Assembly (NCBI GenBank): GCA_032718475.1 | Contig: JAUCBJ010002686.1 | Span: 1 to 64,000 of the forward strand | Origin: Nemertoderma westbladi | Lineage: Eukaryota > Animalia > Xenacoelomorpha | Direction: 5' to 3' | DNA: 64,000 nt | The notes under the pieces: model-generated | Database searches by the model: none | What the model saw: only the letters and a program-made list of their open reading frames with translations | What the model was told of the DNA's origin: nothing | Part shown: one piece after another, positions 11,110-22,423 of the stretch | Layout of the letters: every line of letters starts with the position of its first letter | Position numbering within the stretch: position 1 is the first letter of the stretch | Made by a program: the position numbers and the translations under genes

Positions 11110-13293
11110 TATGTTGTTGTATTTACCTGCCTGCTTTGCGTTTGATATATATTGCGCTCTATAATAAGTGGTTATTATACTTGTCGCTCACTTACCACAC
11201 TTCATTCACTTCGCTCATTGCGTGGCTTCCTTACTTCTGGCGTGGTGTCACCGTGTGCTTCGCTTCCCATTCCTCAAGTTACTACAACCACCACTCAGCC
11301 TCTACATCTGCTACCTACTTACTGGTACCATCTGACCATGGCATTTAACAGCCCTCTGAAGCCCCCCAAACTGGTTCCACTCAGCAAGTCAGAGACGGTC
11401 AATTCCTTTGAAGTATGGCGCAACAATCTAACTTATTCACTTGCGCTCCAACCCCAGTTTGCACCATTTACAACCCTGGGCGCCACCTGGTTGCACCATA
11501 CCCGCGCTGTACTGGTTTACGGTTTCGCCAAACACCGTTGCTCCAGCAGATCGCCGTACCGCCCTTCAAAAGACTATGGTGCTGGAGCTTATGCTCGACC
11601 AGGTCGCCAATTACAGCCCCGTTATCGCATGTAACTCGATCATACGGGACTCCACTTCATTGCCCTCCATATGGTAGGCCATCCACCTGCATTATGGCTT
11701 CCAGGCAACTGGAGCCCATTTCCTCTCCTTCTCCGAGATCTCCCTTCTCCACGAGGAACGCCCCGAAGACCTCTTCCAGCTGTTAGCTGCCGATTCGTTG
11801 ACGACAACTTACTCCGGCTGGATGGCTGTATCTCCCACCATGGGATTCTGCCCGACGATGACGAGGAGTTGTCTCCATCTCTCGAGAACTTCGTTGTACT
11901 CTTCCGTCCGTCTTATCCACCCAGACCTCCCTCGCTTAGTTCAGCAGCGATACGGCACCGAACTCCGATCCTGTACACTGGCTAGCATCAAACCCGAGAT
12001 CTCCCAGGCGCTGTCATCTCTTCTCAACGAGCTCCACACTGCCGCGGAAGAATGTACCTTCTCGCGGAAGAATGATCGTAGGATCCCTTCTACCTCATCA
12101 GGTTTCGGTCCTAATTCCACCGCCCACGGGCATCTCGTCCTGTTCACCGTGTCCCCTCTGCTCCCAGACTAAGTGCACTCCCATCAACCACTTTCTCAGC
12201 GCGTGTCCCTTCCTTCCCCCTGCTGACAAGCGTTTTATTTCAAGGGCCCATCTCGTCCACGTCGAGTGCAACACTGACGACGTTTCAAACGAACAACCGG
12301 AAGATGATGAGAGCTCCGTCGCCAGTCCACCCGCTGCCAATGCAGCTCCAACCGATGGATGGTTCCATTTCCATTCCTAACTCTGCTCCCTACCCTGTCT
12401 TCATCCAACGCAACTCCCATGTCTGCACCACACTGCCCACCACAGCCACTCCCACGCAACAACTTTATCAGTCCTTACCCTGCCCCGAAATCCGCTCCGC
12501 AGCCATTCACCCCCAGCCCACCCAGTCTCTCCCGCCAATCAAGGAAGTCCAGATTGACCCTCAGGGCATTCTCTCCTACCGCAAGCATGCTTCCTTCCAC
12601 GATCTACTTGAGGAGTTCTCTGACGTCTTCGACCCCGCATATTCCGGATACAACGGATCTGTCAGTCCATTCGAAGCGGTTGTTAATGTTACCCCTACAT
12701 TGCCACCCCAATGTAAAGGTAGCGTCCCACAATACTCCCGCAATCTTCTCGTCGAACCACAGGAGAAGTTCAATTTGCTTGAGCACCTTGGCGTCTTCAT
12801 TCGTCTGGAGCTGCCGGTGTCAATGTAGAGTATCTGAACCCCAGCTTTCTCATCGCCAAGCCCAACGGAGGAACTCGGCTTGTCTCCACATTCACATAGA
12901 TTGCCCAATATTGTAAACCACAAATCGCACTCCTCTCAGATGATGAATCCACCATTCGAGCCCTTGGCCGGTTCAAGCTTCTCGTTAAGGCGGACCTCAC
13001 CAGCAACTTTTATCAGATTCCCCTCCACCGCAACTCCATGCGTTTCTGCGGCGTATCTACGCCATTTAATGGCGTTCGCGTCTACCGCTGCTGTGCCATG
13101 GGCATGCCCGGCAGCGAGACTGCCCTCGAGTAGTAAAATGTCTCGCGTCCTCGGCGATCTTCTCGTCCAGGGCTCTGTTGTCAAACTCGCCGATGACATC
13201 TATTGTGGTGGCAACACCATCCCTGAACTCATCAGCAATTTCACTGCCCTCCTCCACACCCTACACCATGCCGACCCTTTTTACGTAGGCTGA
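11110..13293 (+). mobile_element. Decayed Ty3/Gypsy LTR retrotransposon fragment (gag, Zn knuckle, 5' half of RT)
   Basis: Gag start at 11338 (PPKLVPLSKSETVNSFEVWRNNLTYSL, LELMLDQVANYSPVI); CPLC..H..C knuckle; [71 protein letters not shown]. Many frameshifts; truncated after the RT DD motif; TGGTGTCA PBS-like site ~11243. Confidence 0.88.
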
Positions 13294-13587
13294 CTGTACT
13301 AAAATATAAAATGCAAGTCAAGAATAATAATTATTCTATATAAATAATTCCTAAATAATAATAAATAGTACTGTATAATAATAATAGGTATGATAATAAA
13401 TATACGGCTGTTTATATGTGCAATAAATTATTCAATGTAAATCTTCGCGTAATGTTTAATAGGCACATATAGTCAAAATATAGCCTTATTTCGCCTTATC
13501 AATGATTTGGGCTGTAAACATATGGATTACCGGTACTTTTATACTAATCGGGTACTGTTTTGTTTAAAGTGATCTTAATATATGCAG

Positions 13588-15533
13588 GTGACGATATACC
13601 AGGTGCAGAACCAGAATCAGAGAAGGAAAATCCACCTAAGCCAGGTGCAGAACCAGAATCAGAGAAGGAAAATCCACCTAAGCCAGGTGCAGAACCAGAA
13701 TCAGAAAATAATAATCCACCTAAAACAGGTGCAGAACCAGAATCAGAGAAGGAAAATCCATCTAAAACAGGTGCAGAACCAGAATCAGAGAAGGAAAATC
13801 CATCTAAAACAGGTGCAGAACCAGAATCAGAGAAGGAAAATCCATCTAAAACAGGTGCAGAACCCCCACCTGTTATTGCAAAACGGCAATATAATTTACC
13901 TATTCCACTAAATCATCAGACACAACAACCACTGCCGCTGCTATTTATTGAAAAACTCCTGTCATCTACCAGTACCGTCGATATTACAGAACCACCAGAA
14001 GATATAACCACTGCCGGCTCTAAAAAATCATCAGACCCAACACACACTGCTGCTGTCACTGCCGACTCTAAGAAATCGTCAAATACCAGAACCTTTGCTG
14101 CTGTCGTTTCTATTAAATCATCAGATTCAGTAACCACGACCAGAGCCACTTCTGCAAAATCATCACATACAACATCCACGGCTGTAGCAATTTCTTCAAA
14201 ATCGCCAGATGCAGCGACCATTGATGTAGCTTATAAAAAATCACTAGATGGAACACCAACTGCTGCTGCTTTTATAAAATCATCAGATACAACATCCAGG
14301 GCTGTAGCAATTTCTTCAAAATCGCCAGATGCAGCAACCATTGATGTAGCTTATAAAAAATCACTAGATGGAACACCCACAGCTGCTGCTACTACAAAAT
14401 CATCACATACAACATCCACGGCTGTAGCAATTTCTTCAAAATCGCCAGAAGCAGCAACCATTGCTGTAGTTTATAAAAAATTACTAGATGGAACACCCAC
14501 AGCTGCTGCTTCTACAAAATCATCACATACAACATCCACGGCTGTAGCAATTTCTTCAAAATCGCCAGAAGCAGCAACCATTGATGTAGCTTATAAAAAA
14601 TCACTAGATGGAACACCCACAGCTGCTGCTTCTACAAAATCATCACATACAACATCCACGGCTGTAGCAATTTCTTCAAAATCGCCAGAAGCAGCAACCA
14701 TTGATGTAGCTTATAAAAAATTACTAGATGGAACACCCACTGCTGCTGCTTTTATAAAATCATCAGATACAACATCCACGGCTGTAGCAATTTCTTCAAA
14801 ATCGCCAGAAGCAGCAACCATTGATGTAGCTTATAAAAAATCACTAGATGGAACACCCACAGCTGCTGCTTCTACAAAATCATCACATACAACATCCACG
14901 GCTGTAGCAATTTCTTCAAAATCGCCAGAAGCAGCAACCATTGATGTAGCTTATAAAAAATTACTAGATGGAACACCCACTGCTGCTGCTTTTATAAAAT
15001 CATCAGATACAACATCCACGGCTGTAGCAATTTCTTCAAAATCGCCAGAAGCAGCAACCATTGATGTAGTTTATAAAAAATTACTAGATGGAACACCCAC
15101 TGCTGCTGCTTTTATAAAATCATCAGATACAACATCCAGGGCTGTAGCAATTTCTTCAAAATCGCCAGATGCTGCGACCATTGATGTAGCTTTTAAAAAA
15201 TCACTAGATGGAACACCCACTGCTGCTGCTTTTATAAAATCATCAGATACAACATCCAGGGCTGTAGCAATTTCTTCAAAATCGGCAGATGCAGCAACCA
15301 TTGATGTAGCTTATAAAAAATCATTAGATGGAACACCCACAGCTGCTGCTTCTATAAAATCATCAGATACAACATCAACTGTTGCTGGTCTTTCAAAAAC
15401 ATCAGAATCAACAACAACTGCCACTTCCTATTCTTTAAAAACGTCAGATAACTATGTAATAACCTCCTCAACATCGGCAGATACAACAATCATTGAGGCT
15501 GCTTTCACTCATGCAACAACAACCGCATTTTAA
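13588..15533 (+). CDS. Terminal exon of mucin-like Ser/Thr/Ala/Lys-rich repetitive protein
   Basis: Acceptor tatgcag|GT at 13587; uninterrupted ~650-codon frame whose repeat units are multiples of 3; ends at TAA 15533. Confidence 0.65.
13599..13866 (+). repeat. 42-bp coding tandem repeat (PGAEPESEKENPPK) x~6
   Basis: Unit ccaggtgcagaaccagaatcagagaaggaaaatccacctaag. Confidence 0.92.
14156..15376 (+). repeat. 120-bp coding tandem repeat (40 aa KSSHTTSTAVAISSKSPEAATIDVAYKKSLDGTPTAAAST) x~10
   Basis: Alternate 60-nt lines align in register. Confidence 0.95.
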
Positions 15534-16053
15534 ACAACCTTTAGAAAAAAACAACTTAAATTTAAACTAAATCCGTTCTTATATGCGAATGGATATCAGC
15601 GATCCAAAGTGGTGAAAAATACCAAGATACAATTCAACGTCATATATAAGATATTTATGGAATTATATACTGATATAGAGCGCCTAATAAGAAATTTGTC
15701 ATTAATAAATCTCGTACATACGGAGTTGGATGTACATAGGATTGAAAAACACTAAAATTTATTTGGATACTGAAATACCAGCTTCTTACACAGTTACATC
15801 CATAAAAGCTCCCCCCCAATTTATCATTCTTAACGGTTATTACTGGAAGTGTCTTCATTACTCACCTTTGTGCGGCTACTCATCCTAAACGACCAGGTTC
15901 AGCACATTGAACAATAATACACTTAATCCTATGAAGGGAAATGTGTAGGATATATAATTTGGCAATTAAATGTAAAGGTTGAGCGGAAAATTCGATCTAC
16001 AGCGAACTTTTTCCCATGAAAATTCAATCTTAAGAGAAAGTTCACTACAAATT

Positions 16054-18685
16054 CAGTCACAGCCCACTGCTGGGCCCAACCAATCACAGCCTACTGCAGT
16101 GCTCAACCAATCACAGCCCACTGCTGGGCCCAACCAATCACAGCCTACAGCAGTGCTCAACCAATCACAGCCCACTGCTAGGCCCAACCAATCACAGCCT
16201 ACTACAGTGCTCAACCAATCACAGCCCACTGCTGGGCCCAACTAATCACAGCCTACTGAAGTGCTCAACCAATCACAGCCCACTGCTGGGCCCAACCAAT
16301 CACAGCCTACTACAGTGCTCAACCAATCACAGCCCACGGCTGGGCCCAACCAATCACAGCCTACTGCAGTGATCAACCAATCACAGCCCACTGCTGGGCC
16401 CAACCAATCACAGCCTACTGCAGGGCTCAACCAATCACAGACCACTGCTGGGTCCAACCAATCACAGCCTACTGCAGTGCTCAACCAATCACAGCCCACT
16501 GCTGGGCCCAAACAATCACAGCCTACAGCAGTGCCCAACCAATCACAGCCCACTGCGGGCCCAACCAATCATAGCCCACTGCTGGGCCCAACCAATCACA
16601 GCCTACTGCAGTGCTCAACCATTCACAGCCCACTGCTGGGCCCAACCAATCACAGCCTACAGCAGTGCTCAACCAATCACAGCCCACTGCGGGGTCCAAC
16701 CAATCACAGCCTACAGCAGTGCTCAGCCAATCACAGCCCACTGCGGGGCCCAACCAATCACAGCCTACAGCATTGCTCAACTAATCACAGCCCACTGCGA
16801 GGCCCAACCAATCACAGCCTACAGCAGTGCTCAACCAATCACAGCCCACAGCGGGGCCCAACCAATCATAGCCCACTGCTGGGCCCAACCAATCACAGCC
16901 TACTGCAGTGCTCAACCAATCACAGCCCACTGCTGGGCCCAACCAATCACAGCCTACTGCAGTGCTTGTGACGGGATCCGAGAATCCCGACCGGTGTTGT
17001 TTATGTACGCGTCAGCCGCACCGTGTGATGGAAAGGGAATTTGTTGTTCCGACGTTCTTAATAATATAGATATATATGTGATGTACAGATGTAAATACAA
17101 TAGCAGATAGCAACTGGTTATGTTAATAGACCGGTAATATGGGTGACGGCGGTGACGGCGGTGACGTCTTAAACTGTCACCGTACTGCCATGACTGTACT
17201 GAGATAACTGAGTGACTGAATAACACCGACCGGTAATATACTACACTACCTTTGGCCGTGTTACTCAGCTGATGCCCTGCTGTTCCCCCATTGGCTAGTA
17301 ACCTAATTCTCGCCCTGAACTTTGTGGGAGTGTTCCCCCCCCCCCCCCCCCCCCCGCTGCTGTTACTCTCTCTCCTTGAGGTAGCTTGACCTCTAACCTC
17401 TATTGTGTGAGGCCCTTTGGGGTTTGTCGTCCCCGTTTATTGGGGGTGGTATGAGGTTGATTGGCAATCAACCTCGTGCTTCCCAATATTGCTTAAAGGC
17501 CCTGCTTTCCCACTTTATGGGGGTTGGTAAGGCGGAATTGAATACGCTCACAGTGCTCAACCAATCACAGCCCACTGCTGGGCCCAAACAATCACAGCCT
17601 ACTGCAGTGCTCAACCAATCACAGCCCACCGCTGGGCCCATCCAATCACTGCCTACAGCAGTGCTCAACCAATCACAGCCCACTGCGGGGCCCAATCAAT
17701 CATAGCCTACTGCAGTGCTCAACCAATCACAGCCCACTGCTGGGCCCAACCAATCACAGCCTACTGCAGTGCTCAACCAATCACAGCCCACTGTAGGGCC
17801 CAACCAATCACAGCCTACTGCAGTGCTCAACCAATCACAGCGCACTGCTGGGCCCAACCAATCACAGCCCACTGCGGGGCCCAACCAATCACAGCCCACT
17901 GCGGGGCCCAATCAATCATAGCCTACTGCAGTGCTCAACCAATCATAGCCCACTGCTGGGCCCAACCAATCACAGCCTACTGCAGTGCTCAAGCAATCAC
18001 AGCCCACTGCTGGGCCCAACCAATCACAGCGTACTGCAGTGCTCAACCAATCACAGCCCACTGCTGGGCCCAACCAATCACAGCCTACTGCAGTGCTCAA
18101 CCAATCACAGCCCACTGTAGGGCCCAACCAATCACAGCCTACTGCAGTGCTCAACCAATCACAGCCCACTGCTGGGCCCAACCAATCACAGCCCACTGCG
18201 GGGCCCAACCAGTCATAGCCCACTGCTGGGCTCAACCAATCAAAGCCTACTGCAGTGCTATACCAATCACAGCCCACTGCTGGGCCCAACCAATCACAGC
18301 CTACTGCAGTGCTCAACCAATCACAGCCCACTGCTGGGCCCAACCAATCACAGCCTACTGCAGTGCTCAACCAATCACAGCCCACTGTAGGGCCCAACCA
18401 ATCACAGCCTACTGCAGTGCTCAACCAATCACAGCCCACTGCTGGGCCCAACCAATCACAGCCCACTGCGGGGTCCAACCAATCATAGCCCACTGCTGGG
18501 CTCAACCAATCAAAGCCTACTGCAGTGCTCAACCAATCACAGCCCACTGCTGGGCACAACCAATCACAGCCCACTGCTGGGCCCAACCAATCACAGCCTA
18601 CTGCAGTGCTCAACCAATCACAGCCCACTGTAGGGCCCAACCAATCATAGCCCACTGCGGGGCTCAACCAATCACAGACCACTGC
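16054..18685. repeat. 27-bp satellite with 54-bp dimer structure (CAACCAATCACAGCCCACTGCTGGGCC / CAACCAATCACAGCCTACTGCAGTGCT)
   Basis: Tandem array interrupted once by a solo LTR; source of the NQSQPTA and AVGCDWL ORFs. Confidence 0.95.
16967..17552. mobile_element. Solo LTR (586 bp) with 5-bp target-site duplication
   Basis: Starts TGTGA, ends TCACA (TG...CA with short terminal inverted repeat); flanked by GTGCT at 16962-16966 and 17553-17557; the satellite resumes in register. Confidence 0.85.
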
Positions 18686-18816
18686 ACAATTTAAAATAAT
18701 TTACATTAATTCTTAATTTATAATTATGATATTTGCAATATATTGAAATAAATTTACGTTATAATTAAATTTAGATTATATATTAGATATTAAATTAAAT
18801 TAAAACACATAGCCGC

Positions 18817-19064
18817 TTAAGTTGTTATGTAAAGAATGGTCAGCATTAACGTATAGGATTGTAGAAAGTTTAACGAGCTTTTAGGAAATCCGTTTGATGT
18901 AGTGGAGTAATTTGGCGTCAGCACCGGTTGCGGTAACATATCTCTAACTACCCCCACTAAACTCCGCGTTACTTTCAACATAAACTCCAGACGGTATTCT
19001 GTTATATGGGTCGTGTTGTCGCAACGTTTCAGATAACAATCTGCCATATAACCTCGCAAATGTC
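18817..19064 (-). CDS. M28 peptidase-fold protein, last exon (GPI-anchor-like tail)
   Basis: Acceptor ttttacag|GA; HLRGYMADCYLKRCDNTTHITEYRLEFMLKVT resembles RGxMxxCYHxxCD; hydrophobic C-terminus then stop. Confidence 0.75.
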
Positions 19065-19477
19065 CTGTAAAAAATATTACAAAAGTCAAGAAATTAAGCT
19101 GTAAGTAATATGCATAATATTATAAATCACAAAAATTATATTTAGGTTGTTGGGACTCCGAGCATGGAGACAATAAGGGAGACCTTTCCGTCTGCGTACA
19201 TATATACAGTTCTACGTACTTGACTTACCGGTCTCTGAGCAGATTTTATTTTATTTTAATTAAATTGCCTTTATATACGTTTTTAATATAATAACAACGC
19301 TGAAGACTCCCGTAAGGGAGAAATGTGGATACGGTAAACCATTTATAATTTGTATTTAAATTTGAATAAAAATGAAACACAACTTTTTGCACACTGTTAA
19401 TTATCACCTTTCTGTGTTAATAACCCAACTCTATGCTGGACCATCACAACAACTGCTTACAAACAATAGGCCTCTAC

Positions 19478-19760
19478 CTGTATCGGTGAGATAAACAGCG
19501 TTGTGAAATAATTCCCCTCCATTATTATCTGAAACAAAGTTCCAGAACGGTGCCACCTCAGGCAAATGCAACGTTACCATGGATACGGAGGCAGAAGAAC
19601 CAGATATTTGGAATTCCACGGTAGGGTAGGATGTAGTTGGATTATAGTTAGTTATGAGATTGTTGAGTAGAGTGTAATCGTTATAGCGACTAATAGTTGC
19701 CAGAAAGTTTCCTTTCATCTCGGATATTGTATTATCGATGGAGCCATCGCTATGTAGGAG
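19478..19760 (-). CDS. M28 peptidase-fold protein, middle exon
   Basis: Phase-0 acceptor tttcatag|CTC, phase-1 donor ACAG|gtagag; KGNFLATISR...PFW...AVYLTDT. Confidence 0.75.
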
Positions 19761-20078
19761 CTATGAAAGTAAAGTATCAATTTATTGAGATATATATTAA
19801 AAGGAACATAATTTATTGCATATATCTTTTATTGTGTTAATGTAAAAGATTATGAAGGGGGAGGGGGGGGTGGGGTGACGATGTGGATGAAGTGGATAAT
19901 GAAGTTTCCTCTCCAGTGGAAAATCGACGCCAATAACAGCTAATCTTAACAAAAATTGTACTGTAACCTGGATTTGTGTCAATATAGCCCCCCCCCCCCC
20001 CCCCCCATCCCCGCTGTCTCTAATTAACTAGTAACAATATTATCAATAGTAACAATGAGAGACTGTAGATATACATAC

Positions 20079-20370
20079 ATATAAAAGATCATCCGGAATA
20101 TTTTGAGAAGCCATTTTATCATCAACATTCAGCAGTGGTCCCAGGAAGTAAGTTCCGTAGATTCGGGGTCGGTAAGTAAACCCATCCGTGTATCTAGGCA
20201 ACCAATCGTTTGTAAAATAAAACGAACTCTCATTGGCTGAACGGCCAGCGCCATCCAATGCTACAAATACTACAGTCACATTGGGTGGCTCCCCAGTTGC
20301 TAGTATCCTAGCAACCTCCAATGAGATTGCCACTCCACTGGAACTAATATCCGCGGCAGGAGAATCACAC
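20079..20370 (-). CDS. M28 peptidase-fold protein, upstream exon (further 5' exons unresolved)
   Basis: DSPAADISSSGVAISLEVARIL...TVVFVALDG resembles the M28 motif PGADDNGSGVAxLLEVAR...TIIFVAFDxEE; donor TAT|gtatgt, acceptor tttaag|G. Confidence 0.78.
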
Positions 20371-20482
20371 CTTAAACATAATAATTAACATTCATAATTA
20401 ACTGGAGATGATAATTTTATAATTTGGTTGTGACAGCTGTACTTGTGTTCAGGCAGTAAACAGTACATAATTAAAAGATTAT

Positions 20483-20550
20483 GTTGTCCAGCTGGTTTGA
20501 ACGCCAGTCTTCCAATCGGAAGGTCGTGAGTACGAGCCCCAGAAAAGGAA
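20483..20550 (+). mobile_element. tRNA-like sequence / SINE head remnant
   Basis: gtccagctggtttgaacgccagtcttccaatcggaaggtcgtgagtacgagcccc has tRNA-like layout with degenerate A/B boxes and no good acceptor stem. Confidence 0.35.
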
Positions 20551-20848
20551 CAGCCAACTTTATCCTGGGGGAAAGGGGGGCCCTTTGGCCTCAGAATAGG
20601 GATAATGTGATTTATTAAAAAAGAGTCTCATAAGAAAGTGTCTCGTAGCTTACTACTCCGCAACTACGATATCATCCACCTCATTGTTCTAGATTCCTCT
20701 TCACTTTATACGAGATCCCATTCCGTCACCTTCACTACAGCTTAGCAACATGAAACTTACTACAACCTCTGGTTCAACACTAAGGCCGACGGCTAGCTGA
20801 TACCCACTCCTGATCTCCGAAGGGTTTCGTTTGCTTGGCTAATACTCA

Positions 20849-22423
20849 ATGATCTCGCCCTTGTTATCTTTCGTTCCCGACTCGGTGAGTTCTCGGTTCA
20901 CATTCGCAGAGACGCGATACATCCCTGGAACTGAGCCGACATTCACCCAACCGAAAACGATACGCACGATTAAACTCTACGGCCGCGTCGACGTGATCAA
21001 CTGCCGGGAACTCCTGGACAAGTCCACGGGTCTGCGGAACATCTACCTCCATCTACAACAACATTCCCAGACGGATTCCGAGAGAAAATCCACGAAACCA
21101 AACGTTAGGAAACCGCAAGCCGATATAATCCAACATCTACTACTGATAGACAGCGCCACCGGAGGGGATAAACAGGTACTCAAGTTCGGAATGACGTTCC
21201 CGTTACTCCCAGTAAATAACTGCCTTCTAGCAGACGGACCTCTTCTGTTCTGGAAGACTTCCAATACGTTCTACTTCATAACGGCGTCCGGCATCTCTAC
21301 AGGTCGACGCCACACGAGGTACGAACACGGCGACGCCTTCAAGACGTTACTAGATATTCGATTATCTCCCGACTTCACCGAGTATCTTCTAACCGGGATT
21401 CGCGCACATCCCGACTTCTCGACTTCCGTGTCGCGTCTCGCCTTTACGGTCTCCGAAGGTCCGGACGGATTCCGGTTGCTGCTGGACCCGGACGTTCCCC
21501 AGGTCTACGCCGGTACGGTAGTCTCGTATAAGCGGTGCGCGGACCCGCTAACCGACGAGGAGTGCGTGTTTATCGGCACGAGTTCGCGGCAGGTAGTCGA
21601 GTGTCGGGAGCGACGGGTTATCCGATTCGCTCAACTCGATATCATTCCCTACAGGATAGATGTTCTAAACTCGGGAAGCGGAGATTCCTATCTGATAGTC
21701 TCGGAATCTCGTGACGTCACTGACCCTTCTATCAACGGGACCGTATCTACCTTTGCTACCACGGATGACGTCACAAACTGCTGTTACTCAATAACGGTTT
21801 TACTTAGAAAGGATTTCTCTGTTGTCCGAGTGTTTACCGATGTGGCGTCGTATTACTTGGGGGACTTCTGTAACCCGTTTTGGGATCAACTCCTTTTAGT
21901 TAAGGGTAACTCCTTCCCTCCTAATAAGTTTGTAGCAGTTGATATGGAGTTGATTCACGAAGGTTCGTGTGAGCGTCTCGAATCCGCGCCGAATAAACAG
22001 GACGGAGATTTACTTCGAGGTAAAATCGACGAGTTTCGTAAGAAACTCGACGAACTAAAACTGTTGCGAAACGGCAAAGAGCAAACGTTGACCCATCTGT
22101 GCAAATATATGAGTCTACAGTCGTGGTCCCCACGGCATAGATACACCGACACTCAGGTGGTCTCATTGACGGCCAACGTCCCCCAGTCCTCCACTCATTG
22201 CCCTCCCACCCCCACCCGCCCCCTATCCGTAGACTGGTTAGCTAACTACACCGCCTCTAGCCCCCCACGTTGGGTCGCGCACTGTAAGTTAAGGGTTCAT
22301 CTCCACGATATTGTCAACTGTTCACTTTCTGCGGTTTTACTAAACGATAATAATAATTCTTGCCAATATTCTGAATCAGTGATCACCGGATTGCTACCAT
22401 TTGATGCATTAGTGACGAGTTAA
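20849..22423 (+). CDS. FANCB: Fanconi anemia group B protein homolog, N-terminal beta-propeller and coiled coil
   Basis: Colinear similarity to recalled human FANCB: INCRELLDKSTGLRNIYL~MCCNCVSDFRTGINLPYI; DGPLLFWK~NGPLILWR; VPQVYAGTVV~IPPAYSSVV; VLNSGSGDSYLIVS~LMDSGGGNLFFVVS; DFSVV..LGDFCNPFWDQLLLV~ESFQV..IDDFIGSGTEQVLLL; coiled coil follows. Confidence 0.82.
   Translation: MISPLLSFVPDSVSSRFTFAETRYIPGTEPTFTQPKTIRTIKLYGRVDVINCRELLDKSTGLRNIYLHLQQHSQTDSERKSTKPNVRKPQADIIQHLLLIDSATGGDKQVLKFGMTFPLLPVNNCLLADGPLLFWKTSNTFYFITASGISTGRRHTRYEHGDAFKTLLDIRLSPDFTEYLLTGIRAHPDFSTSVSRLAFTVSEGPDGFRLLLDPDVPQVYAGTVVSYKRCADPLTDEECVFIGTSSRQVVECRERRVIRFAQLDIIPYRIDVLNSGSGDSYLIVSESRDVTDPSINGTVSTFATTDDVTNCCYSITVLLRKDFSVVRVFTDVASYYLGDFCNPFWDQLLLVKGNSFPPNKFVAVDMELIHEGSCERLESAPNKQDGDLLRGKIDEFRKKLDELKLLRNGKEQTLTHLCKYMSLQSWSPRHRYTDTQVVSLTANVPQSSTHCPPTPTRPLSVDWLANYTASSPPRWVAHCKLRVHLHDIVNCSLSAVLLNDNNNSCQYSESVITGLLPFDALVTS

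Noticed and set aside
15979-18682. NQSQPTA and AVGCDWL repeat ORFs
   Set aside because: Satellite translations with scattered stops, a frameshift and an LTR insertion.
20483-20550. Functional tRNA gene
   Set aside because: Acceptor and anticodon stems pair poorly and the T-loop is degenerate; kept only as a SINE-like remnant. The same applies near 3225 and 10190.
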